IMG/VR virus record: IMGVR_UViG_3300042922_000923
Coordinates: 1-64,000 of that record
Direction: 5' to 3' (one strand)
Source: a virus
DNA length: 64,000 bases
Both the position numbers and the translations under genes were made by a program. Below the pieces are notes generated by a model. It was not told the DNA's origin. It did no database searches and saw only the letters and a program-made list of their open reading frames with translations. Shown here piece by piece: positions 26,186 to 34,614 of the stretch; the first letter of the stretch is position 1, and every line of letters starts with the position of its first letter.

Positions 26186-28354
26186 TTATTCTAAAACATC
26201 TGAAGAACAGTAGAATTGTCTATGTCCAAACTCCCAGTCTCTACGTTCTTTAGTCCATGAAACAGTATCTGTATTAAAGCCAACAACTTTAATAGTATAC
26301 GTGTAAATTTTCCCTTGGCATACTGGACAGTTCTCATGAACACCTATGCTAGTATGACCATTTACACAAGTTGTAGTGCCTCTATTAACTGTAAAATGAA
26401 CTATTCCATATTCCTCTATAATCATTCTTAAGAAATCTTCATAGTTTTTATCAGTCATAGTTTCATTCATATTAAGATGAAGAATAGCACCTCCAGAAAC
26501 TCTATTCATTAGATCCCCTTCAATCTTTAAACGATCAAATATTGGTACATTAACATATAGAGGAACCATTTGATTAGAAAGTAGATGAACTGGTTTATAC
26601 CACTCTCTATCCTTATACATGAAGTTATCCATAGCTGCACATTTAGGACTAGCATTTTCAGCTGGAATTTCTTCTACGTTAAATGCATATCCTTCATTTC
26701 TTTTACTTGCTTCTTTAGAATAGTCTTCCATACAATTTATAACACTTTCACAAGTTGCAGTATATTCAGGTAGCCACTTAGTAGCATCTACATTAGATAA
26801 AGTTTCATACATTTCCCAAATACCAGTGTATCCTATAGTACTGAAGAACATTTCTAATCTTTCCCAACCAATATTGAAAAATTTTAAGAATCCATTTTCT
26901 ACTCTTTCTTTCAATATTGCTTTGTGTGCAACTAGTGCAGCTTCAGCTAATACTAAGTGGTGTTGTAAAACATTTTTAAAGTCTCCAAAGGCACCCATGT
27001 CTCCAGAGTCTCTAGTTATGCAAGCTAGTCTGTGTAAATTCAATGCTACAACTCTATGTGAACCAATGGAAATTCCACCATTACCAAAGGAATCTGTCTT
27101 AATTTGATTCTTAAGTTCTACAAGGTCAGAAGTAAGTCTGCAACATGAAGCAATTTTTTCGCCTACATGAATATTAAAAGGCCCTCTCTTATGATTCTTC
27201 TTACACATATAAGAGAAAAATTCTTTATCTGCTATTTTTCCTATGTCTTCAGCCTTACATTTTCCTGATTCATAGTCACTTTGTGAGAATGTTTTTATAT
27301 TAACAGTAGCTACAGGGAACCTATAATTTTTTCCTGTGGTTGGAGCACCTAAGCTGAAAAATTCAATGAATACCTTTTGAATATGCATAATTTCACCTAT
27401 GTTATCACCTGCTGAAGTCATATCAGGATAAATTTCATCTCCAAACATATCTTTTAAGATAAATTCATCAAATATAGAAATATTGGTAAATGGAGAATCC
27501 CCACCTACTCTAAAAGTATTATGCATTACATGCACAAATTGTTGGAGTAGATTTTCTACATATTTATCATAAACTGTGTTTACAGCTTCTTTCAATATTT
27601 CTGTGCTGCTCATATTTTCATGTGTATATTTAAAAGCAAAAAACTGAATTAGCTTATTTTCTATTTTTTCAGGAGAATCCATATCTATATTAAATGCCTT
27701 TCCTGAGTAACCTAATGAACCTGCATACATAGCTATAGCTATTAATGCTTCCTTAGGATCTGTAAACTTCTCTATTAGTCTAAGCATTTCAGATCTCTCA
27801 TTTTTAGTATAGTATGCTAAATTTACTAGTATGTTTGCAATACCTATAGCTCCAGCATGAGCTTGAGACATATCCATAGCAACTTCAACTAATTGTCCCA
27901 TGAAGCTACTACTTCTCTTAGGAGCTTTAGATGGTAGCCAACCATAAGGTCTACCATAATTCATTAAAAATGAAGTATCAAAAGCAAAACAGTAAGGCAT
28001 ATCTATTTTAGTTATATCATGAAAATATAAGCTTCCATCTAGCATAGCTCTTAAAGCTGCATTCGCAATGTCTTTAGAATATATTTCAGTAATCTTTTTC
28101 CATAAAATATAAAAGCTTCTCAATTTTAGTTGAGGTTTTTCAATTTCACTTTGAAAATTAACTGGTTCCCTTCCATCTACATTTGCATTTACATCAATAG
28201 ATATATCTGCAACCCTTTCAGAATTTAAATATTTATCTGCTAAATCAAATAAGTCTAAGTTGTTTAGTCCTTGTATTGACAATACTTCTACTGGAATGCT
28301 TTCAATGATATCCCAAAATTCCTGCTCTACGTTTTTGCCTATTTTTAAATTCAT
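26186..28354 (-). CDS. nrdD: Class III anaerobic ribonucleoside-triphosphate reductase
   Basis: PYC, SPFTNISIFD, FPV.T, SCCRL, EEIPAEN, SGG.I.H, C..GH..CP.C, KVVGF glycyl loop; start placed at MNLKIG after AAGGAG. Confidence 0.9.
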   Translation of the reverse strand: MNLKIGKNVEQEFWDIIESIPVEVLSIQGLNNLDLFDLADKYLNSERVADISIDVNANVDGREPVNFQSEIEKPQLKLRSFYILWKKITEIYSKDIANAALRAMLDGSLYFHDITKIDMPYCFAFDTSFLMNYGRPYGWLPSKAPKRSSSFMGQLVEVAMDMSQAHAGAIGIANILVNLAYYTKNERSEMLRLIEKFTDPKEALIAIAMYAGSLGYSGKAFNIDMDSPEKIENKLIQFFAFKYTHENMSSTEILKEAVNTVYDKYVENLLQQFVHVMHNTFRVGGDSPFTNISIFDEFILKDMFGDEIYPDMTSAGDNIGEIMHIQKVFIEFFSLGAPTTGKNYRFPVATVNIKTFSQSDYESGKCKAEDIGKIADKEFFSYMCKKNHKRGPFNIHVGEKIASCCRLTSDLVELKNQIKTDSFGNGGISIGSHRVVALNLHRLACITRDSGDMGAFGDFKNVLQHHLVLAEAALVAHKAILKERVENGFLKFFNIGWERLEMFFSTIGYTGIWEMYETLSNVDATKWLPEYTATCESVINCMEDYSKEASKRNEGYAFNVEEIPAENASPKCAAMDNFMYKDREWYKPVHLLSNQMVPLYVNVPIFDRLKIEGDLMNRVSGGAILHLNMNETMTDKNYEDFLRMIIEEYGIVHFTVNRGTTTCVNGHTSIGVHENCPVCQGKIYTYTIKVVGFNTDTVSWTKERRDWEFGHRQFYCSSDVLE

Positions 28355-28468
28355 AACATTCACTCCTTCTAATAAAAACATTACCACTAGATATAGTGGT
28401 AATAATAGTATCGTTATTCTATATATAGTAATTTTAAGTTAGTATTTAACTATTTTCCTATTAAAACT

Positions 28469-29413
28469 CTATATTATCATTTGATGAATTTCCTGAAGTT
28501 CTAGTATTAAATTCTTTAAGTTATCCTTATTTACACTAAAGCCTCCATTAATAGACTTCAAAACTACTACATCACTTTTAATTTCATATACTCCAATACA
28601 ACCTTCAATACATTGTGATTCTTTAGTATCCTGTATATTTTCAGATGTTCCTTGTGCTTTTAATTCTTTTATTATTCCCATTGAAGACATGTCAAACTTT
28701 ACTGTTGCTGGTTTTAGACCATATTTTTCACCAATTATTATACAAGCTTCTTTGCTAGTTCCTAATCTTTTAGCTTCTACAAGTAACTGTTCTCTTGAAA
28801 GTTTAGCTTTTCCATTCAAGTATAAAACCTCTCTTCTTTTTTCTATATTTTTCTTTACCTTTGCTAGTATCTTTAAATACAATCTTGATACATATGACTG
28901 AGATATATGAAGTCTGTTAGCTATACTAAGTTGTGATTCATTCTTAAATGCTCTAGAAGTTAGTATGTCTTTATCCTTAGGATCTAGTGTCTCTATTACT
29001 TCTTTAAGTTCAAGCAGCTGAATATTTTTTATAGCATCTTCTTCGCAATCCATAGTGTCTGGAATAACTTCTTCTAGTTCTAATGTATTTCCTTCTTCAT
29101 TTGTATTTACAGGAGCATTTAGACTAGATACATCTAAGTGTTTCTTATTCTTTCTATGAAACATTAATAATTCGTTCATTACAAGCCTTGAAGCATAAGT
29201 TAGGAACAATATGTCTTTACTTATGTCATAGCTCTTATACGCTTTATGAAGTCCAATATATGCTACTTGAAATAAGTCTTCTCTCTCATATAAACCAAGC
29301 CAAGTAGAACAGGATTTATATAAAAAATTCTTAAATTGAATATATACTTCGTCAAGAGACATTTCCTTAGTTTCATTTTTTAATTTAATTAGCTTCTTAT
29401 CCATCAACTTCAT
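28469..29413 (-). CDS. Sporulation-type (SigF/G/K-like) sigma factor with C-terminal extension
   Basis: EDLFQVAYIGLHKAYKSYD, FLTYA, NELLMFHRK, SLNAPV..NEEG, SQ..IA..L.ISQSYVSRL. Confidence 0.85.
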   Translation of the reverse strand: MKLMDKKLIKLKNETKEMSLDEVYIQFKNFLYKSCSTWLGLYEREDLFQVAYIGLHKAYKSYDISKDILFLTYASRLVMNELLMFHRKNKKHLDVSSLNAPVNTNEEGNTLELEEVIPDTMDCEEDAIKNIQLLELKEVIETLDPKDKDILTSRAFKNESQLSIANRLHISQSYVSRLYLKILAKVKKNIEKRREVLYLNGKAKLSREQLLVEAKRLGTSKEACIIIGEKYGLKPATVKFDMSSMGIIKELKAQGTSENIQDTKESQCIEGCIGVYEIKSDVVVLKSINGGFSVNKDNLKNLILELQEIHQMII

Positions 29414-29443
29414 ATCCCCTTCATATGGTTTACTAATGGTTAA

Positions 29444-30421
29444 TTAAAGCTCTTCATATTTGGCATACTCTAAATCATTAAATACACTTAGAAACGATGA
29501 TAATTTAGACCAAATAGATGTAAACTGATTAACCATGATAATTCTCTTTACTTCTTTTTTATCCAAATGTACATCTGTAGCTATAAATTTTAATAGCTCT
29601 TCTTGAATAGGTGAGTAATCAATGTATTTAAAATCAATCATTTGTTGTGCTATAGAAATTGTTTCCTGAACATTTTTATCTAAAAATTGAGAAAGTACAG
29701 TGCTTTCCTGAAGCTTTTTAGTTTCAGCTACGCTCTTAGTTAACTCAGCTATAGATCCATATTGATTAATGTACTTAGCTGCTTTCTTTTCTCCAATTTT
29801 GTCTACACCAGGAATATTATCTGATTTATCACCGACTAGAACCTTATAATCTAGGAACCTATCCAAAGCTACACCAACAAAGCTTTCAAAGTTTTTTGGT
29901 GTTACAAGTACCTTTTTAACTGCACTGTATACAAAGCAATGAGAATCTATTAATTGTAAATAGTCTTCATCTGAAGTAATGAATACAAGATCTTCATCTG
30001 GATTTATCTTTCTATATTCACACTTTAAGTCGTAGGCTAAGTCATCAGCCTCTTCTCCATCAATTCGTAGAGATTTAACTCCTAAGGATCTTAAATTTTC
30101 ATGAAGATAGTCCATTTGTTCAAGTTGTTCATGTCTTCTTCTTTTTTGTTCCTCATTAGCTATCGGATCATCAAGTTCTTTATGCCTTTGAGCTTTATAT
30201 GCAGGCCAAAGCTTTTTTCTTCTAGGAGATTTTCCTTTATCCCAGACAAATATAATATCATCTACATCTAATTCAGTTTCTTCTTTTATAACATTAACAG
30301 TTGTAACTATTGACTCTAGCACACCATATATAGCAGAAGTTCGCTTTCCTTGACTGTTATATAGATCACTAACATAATCACATCTTAATGCTGTATTATT
30401 TCCATCAAAAATTATTTTCAA
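29444..30421 (-). CDS. 5'-3' exonuclease / flap endonuclease (T4 RNase H-like)
   Basis: FDGNN, WD, R...PAYKAQR, EADD, TSDED..QL, GDKSDNIPGV..IGEK.A. Confidence 0.9.
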   Translation of the reverse strand: MKIIFDGNNTALRCDYVSDLYNSQGKRTSAIYGVLESIVTTVNVIKEETELDVDDIIFVWDKGKSPRRKKLWPAYKAQRHKELDDPIANEEQKRRRHEQLEQMDYLHENLRSLGVKSLRIDGEEADDLAYDLKCEYRKINPDEDLVFITSDEDYLQLIDSHCFVYSAVKKVLVTPKNFESFVGVALDRFLDYKVLVGDKSDNIPGVDKIGEKKAAKYINQYGSIAELTKSVAETKKLQESTVLSQFLDKNVQETISIAQQMIDFKYIDYSPIQEELLKFIATDVHLDKKEVKRIIMVNQFTSIWSKLSSFLSVFNDLEYAKYEEL

Positions 30422-30461
30422 AAGTATACCCTCTTTCTATAAAAGTCTCTTTATACATAAA

Positions 30462-30503
30462 AAAGAAAGGATAAATGAAATTAATTCCATTTATCCCACA
30501 TAG
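30462..30503 (-). promoter_or_regulatory. Phage promoter-terminator element upstream of 5'-3' exonuclease
   Basis: CTATGTGG-N9-AATTAATTT with stem and U-tract. Confidence 0.6.
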
Positions 30504-30583
30504 AGGCAATTATTTATATTTATTTTTAGGAGGTGCATAAATATAACAACAGGATTTTAGTTATTTTTGCCTCTTAATCTATA

Positions 30584-30799
30584 TTAAAGTACAACAGATT
30601 CAATAGTTTCTTCGCTCAATTCAATTTGTTCAATTTCTATATCCAAAACTGAGCAACCACTTGAATCCTTTGTACCAATTAGCTTTGTACCATTACTTAT
30701 ATAAAGTTTGTTATCTTCAATAGGTTTTCCTGATTTTTCTATTAAGTTATCATGAGCAAAATCTTTCTTTAGTTCCTTACCAGTATAAACTTGTCTCAT
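30584..30799 (-). CDS. Hypothetical protein
   Basis: ORF in operon. Confidence 0.5.
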   Translation of the reverse strand: MRQVYTGKELKKDFAHDNLIEKSGKPIEDNKLYISNGTKLIGTKDSSGCSVLDIEIEQIELSEETIESVVL

Positions 30800-30825
30800 T
30801 ATATGTTCCTACCTTTCACATACAT

Positions 30826-31077
30826 TTAGTAAATATCTCTCTTTTTAAAACTGTCAGTCCATTCTGTGTTTTCAAACTTATCTAAAGCTTTAGAAGCAAA
30901 TAAATATTGTTCATATAAAAGAATAACAGTACCTCTTTTATCCTCACTTACTCCTTCTTTCCAGTTAGATCCACGTAAAGACTTTAGAGCAATTTCTATA
31001 TCCTTAACATCTTCCTGTAACTTTTTTTGATTAGAAATTATTTCTTTAGTTGTCATCCTCGACATTTGAATATTCAC
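30826..31077 (-). CDS. Hypothetical protein
   Basis: ORF in operon. Confidence 0.5.
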   Translation of the reverse strand: MNIQMSRMTTKEIISNQKKLQEDVKDIEIALKSLRGSNWKEGVSEDKRGTVILLYEQYLFASKALDKFENTEWTDSFKKRDIY

Positions 31078-31324
31078 CTTCTTCCTTCACTTCAGATAAG
31101 TCTGCATCATCAATGATGCAATGTACTTCATTATCCATTGTTATTAATGAACAAAATCTATTTAAAGTCCCACAAACGCATCTCATAGTAAATCTTGTAT
31201 ACTTTTGGCCTTTGTGTTCCACTATATTATAATCAGAAATTCGATAATCACGTTTTTTGCACTTACTGCAATATATCTTATTGTCAATTACCTCTGCATT
31301 AAGAATTTCTTCTTTCTTACTCAT
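31046..31324 (-). CDS. Zn-ribbon protein
   Basis: CSKC...CVCG. Confidence 0.55.
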   Translation of the reverse strand: MSKKEEILNAEVIDNKIYCSKCKKRDYRISDYNIVEHKGQKYTRFTMRCVCGTLNRFCSLITMDNEVHCIIDDADLSEVKEEGEYSNVEDDN

Positions 31325-31376
31325 ATCTATACCTAGAGTCTAAAGAATATTATTAGTATTCTTTAGAGCCTACACC

Positions 31377-32225
31377 TTACTTTTTACTTTTACTTTTACT
31401 TTTTTTCTGTTTTTCCATTTCTTCTCTTATACGTCTTTCAATTTCTGCTTCCATGTCATCACTAGCAGATGAATCAGAGCTTGTTTCATCATTATTATCA
31501 TCATCGTTTGTTTCAGATCCTGAGTTATCACCACTATTATCTTCATCATCAATGACAGTATCATCCTCGTCTTCACCAGCTAGTATAGCTGCAATCTCCT
31601 CTGGAGTTTTTTCTACAACTAATGTATCATAGTCTATTAAAGCTTCATCAAGTTCCTCTTCAGAAAGTTTTTCAGATGCCTTGCTTTCATTTCGTTTTGG
31701 AAGTACAGAATACTCAGTATCAATTCCTTTTCCTGTCTTTGTTAATGTCAAATCAAAGCCTTCATTGAAGTCTGTAACATCACCGTACTCAGGGTTACAT
31801 ATAATGTCAAGGATGCATTTAAGAACTGTAGGACCACAATTCATAATTTGAACTACATCAACCTTATCTTTATTGTCCCTTTCAAGTATATTTACGTATA
31901 CTCTATTTGAAGCTCTCATTTTCTTAGATAATGCTTGATCTTCTTTAGATTTAGATTTTTTAAGTCTTGCAATTTCATCACAAACAGGACAAGTTTTGTG
32001 ACCAAATTGTTTTAAACAAGCTACTGGAGCACTTCCAGCTCCACCAACATTAAAGTGTAATTGAACTTCCTTCCAAAATTCTTCATTGTCTCCTTTTGGT
32101 GGAAGAACTCTTATGTTCTGAGCACCTTTTTTAATCTCATAAAATTCGTAATCGCCATTACTAGCCATTCTTTCAGAAATTTCATCTCTTTTAGACTGCA
32201 TTTTGTCCATATTCAATTTTCCCAT
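31377..32225 (-). CDS. T4 gp32-like single-stranded DNA-binding protein
   Basis: IRVLPP, H..C...CPVC Zn site, D...G.D..L.K.G....T.Y, long acidic tail; start at MGKLN after AGAGGGA. Confidence 0.8.
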   Translation of the reverse strand: MGKLNMDKMQSKRDEISERMASNGDYEFYEIKKGAQNIRVLPPKGDNEEFWKEVQLHFNVGGAGSAPVACLKQFGHKTCPVCDEIARLKKSKSKEDQALSKKMRASNRVYVNILERDNKDKVDVVQIMNCGPTVLKCILDIICNPEYGDVTDFNEGFDLTLTKTGKGIDTEYSVLPKRNESKASEKLSEEELDEALIDYDTLVVEKTPEEIAAILAGEDEDDTVIDDEDNSGDNSGSETNDDDNNDETSSDSSASDDMEAEIERRIREEMEKQKKSKSKSKK

Positions 32226-32582
32226 GACTAAATCCCTCTTTTCTATTATTTTTAACGCGTGAGTACTCATTCTAAGTACTTAGATGACTAGTGAATTTGT
32301 AGAGTATAGCGTGAATATTTTATAAACATTATGCGTGAGGGAGAATGAGAAGTTTAATTCACTAGTCACCTAAATACTTAGTGCCAAAGCAGCAAAATTA
32401 ATAAATAAATTAATTAAAGGAGAATAACATATTATTGGCAAATACATTTAAACGCGATATTTGAAGAAAAAATTTGTAAAAGCTGCTTTGGCAAGAGTGC
32501 AAAGCACTCAATTAACTAACCAATATTTAGTTTTTTAATTCAATACTTTAACCCCTATATAAATATAAACAACTTAAAATTA

Positions 32583-32694
32583 AAATTATTTTTTAGTAGT
32601 CCACATAGAAACCTTTTTTTCTTTTTTTAAATTTTAGTTCCTATATAAATATAAAAGTGAGCTTAATCTAAATTATTAGATCAAACCCACTTAG
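32583..32694 (-). promoter_or_regulatory. Two tandem phage promoter elements upstream of the SSB leader
   Basis: CTAAGTGG site at 32670-32694 and CTATGTGG site at 32583-32608. Confidence 0.65.
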
Positions 32695-32714
32695 AAGAAT
32701 TATTTTGTACGTTA

Positions 32715-32969
32715 TTAGTTATGCTGCCTAGAGTATTCTTCTATAATACTTGTCACTTTAGCTTTAGCATCAAGCTCAGTTATGTTATAGTCATATTTTC
32801 TATCTTCTAGTACACATAAGGCTTCTATCCAGCTGAGTCCACCACGTTCAGCTAGTCGCTCTATGGTCTGTGCATGGTTTAGTATCGCCTGTTTTTCATG
32901 CAATTTTATTAAAGTTAATGGTATGTGTCCCTTTGTCCTTGAATCTAGTATTGGAAATCTATTTTCCAT
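32715..32969 (-). CDS. Hypothetical phage protein
   Basis: HE.QA..NH.QT.ERLAERGGL.W.E motif. Confidence 0.6.
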   Translation of the reverse strand: MENRFPILDSRTKGHIPLTLIKLHEKQAILNHAQTIERLAERGGLSWIEALCVLEDRKYDYNITELDAKAKVTSIIEEYSRQHN

Positions 32970-32998
32970 GTTACTTCCCCCCTTTTTAATATTGTGTA

Positions 32999-33169
32999 CT
33001 ATTCACTTTTTTCAGTTTCAAAAGAAATTATAGTTTTAAATTTTACTGCAAATTGTCTTTCACATTCTTCACAATCTGTTATAAATTCACCTTCCATGTC
33101 ATTTGGTTCAATATAATCTAACCCATCATGCTCATGTCCACACCAAGGGCATTTAATAGGAAAATCCAT
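32999..33169 (-). CDS. Small Zn-ribbon protein
   Basis: MDFPIKCPWCG...CEEC; GAGGTG RBS; read manually. Confidence 0.55.
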   Translation of the reverse strand: MDFPIKCPWCGHEHDGLDYIEPNDMEGEFITDCEECERQFAVKFKTIISFETEKSE

Positions 33170-33213
33170 TTCATATCACCTCACTTTTGTTCAAATTTTC
33201 TACATATGACGTA

Positions 33214-33354
33214 TTACTCTTCATCTTTACATCTGTCACAGATATGGTCCCCTTGAATGCCACAGTACTCACAATAAGTCTTCCCACAACATTCACAAGT
33301 ATCTAATTCCTCCATTTCATAGTCACAATATCCACAAAACATATTTTCTTCCAT
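33214..33354 (-). CDS. Small Cys-rich protein
   Basis: MEENMFCGYC...CECCG..YCEYC...ICDRC; read manually. Confidence 0.55.
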   Translation of the reverse strand: MEENMFCGYCDYEMEELDTCECCGKTYCEYCGIQGDHICDRCKDEE

Positions 33355-33542
33355 CTAAACCTCACCTCGAATTATAATTCACCTACTTTAATTTTATAGA
33401 AGATAGCTACTTTTCTATTATTAATTCCTTTATTCCATATCCTGTATGGTCTAAAATTACTATGCTTTTACCATCTTTGGTACATAATTCACACATAGGG
33501 AAGTCCTTAAGTATTTCTATTATGTCGCTTATAACCATTTCG

Positions 33543-33845
33543 CTACAATCTACAGTCTCCATCCAATTTTTCACCCCTTCCAGAGTATTCTTTCATTTTA
33601 TTATTCCTTAGAAAATCTCTTGCTTTTGTTAAATCATAAATTTCATAGCCTTGTTTTTCAAAGTATTCTAGTCCTATAAGCGAATCAAATCCTTGATAGA
33701 TATAATTACATTTAAACGTGCTGCCCTCAAAGGAGTATTCTTTTTTAATTATTAAATAGTTATGGTTCTGTTCAATAGCTTCTTTAACAATTCTTTCTGT
33801 ATTCTTCATTGTATCTAATGCAATTTGATGCATAATGCTCTCCAT
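33543..33845 (-). CDS. Hypothetical protein
   Basis: AAGGAGG RBS. Confidence 0.55.
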   Translation of the reverse strand: MESIMHQIALDTMKNTERIVKEAIEQNHNYLIIKKEYSFEGSTFKCNYIYQGFDSLIGLEYFEKQGYEIYDLTKARDFLRNNKMKEYSGRGEKLDGDCRL

Positions 33846-33875
33846 CTAATTTTCCTCCTTTTTTAGTATAATGAA

Positions 33876-34064
33876 CTAACCTTCTAAGTCATATTCTTTC
33901 TTTAGTTTCTCTATATCCAATTCAAAATCTGCATAATTATCGCACCAATCATTTTTACATTCAGGATAACCACATTCTCTATTACCATGTTTACATATCG
34001 AAGTACACGCTGTTTCATTTAATAATGCCTTAATTAATAATCGCTCTGTTGTCATATCATTCAT
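33876..34064 (-). CDS. Small Cys-rich protein
   Basis: 62 aa, several Cys. Confidence 0.5.
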   Translation of the reverse strand: MNDMTTERLLIKALLNETACTSICKHGNRECGYPECKNDWCDNYADFELDIEKLKKEYDLEG

Positions 34065-34147
34065 AATTTTTCTTCACCCTTTTTTCCATTATACTTAAAA
34101 TAACAATGTTAACTTTTTAGGATTTTCATGTAATTTTGTCAACCATC

Positions 34148-34363
34148 CTACAGGTTCCTTCTATGATAATGTCTGTAAATATCAGCTCTGCACTCTGTAC
34201 AAGGGTGCAATTTAGGATCATGATTTTTAGAGCTGCTTAAATGAAGTACTCTTGTGTTATATTCCTTACACACATGATTTTTACTATTATCTTTTAATTT
34301 TAGTTGTTCCTGTTCTGTCATATTAAGATTAATGCAGTTATTACAATCTATACCTTCACCCAT
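34148..34363 (-). CDS. Small Cys-rich protein
   Basis: CNNC...HVC...PCTEC. Confidence 0.55.
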   Translation of the reverse strand: MGEGIDCNNCINLNMTEQEQLKLKDNSKNHVCKEYNTRVLHLSSSKNHDPKLHPCTECRADIYRHYHRRNL

Positions 34364-34386
34364 TGTTTCACCTCAATTCTAATATA

Positions 34387-34590
34387 TTAAAAACACATCA
34401 TAGTTATTGTAATTACTTTTTTACTATTCTTTTTTTTATAGCATTCATAATAATTAAGGTAATCGTGTTCCTGATTTATCTTTCTAAAACCTGCAACGCG
34501 CAATTCATGTACCTTTTTTCTGAAATTTTTCCAAGCGTCTTGATCCCATTCTTTAAAAATAAAATCACCATAAACCATATTTATATGCAT
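34387..34590 (-). CDS. Hypothetical protein
   Basis: GAGGAGG RBS. Confidence 0.55.
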   Translation of the reverse strand: MHINMVYGDFIFKEWDQDAWKNFRKKVHELRVAGFRKINQEHDYLNYYECYKKKNSKKVITITMMCF

Positions 34591-34614
34591 AACATTGACC
34601 TCCTCAAATAAATA

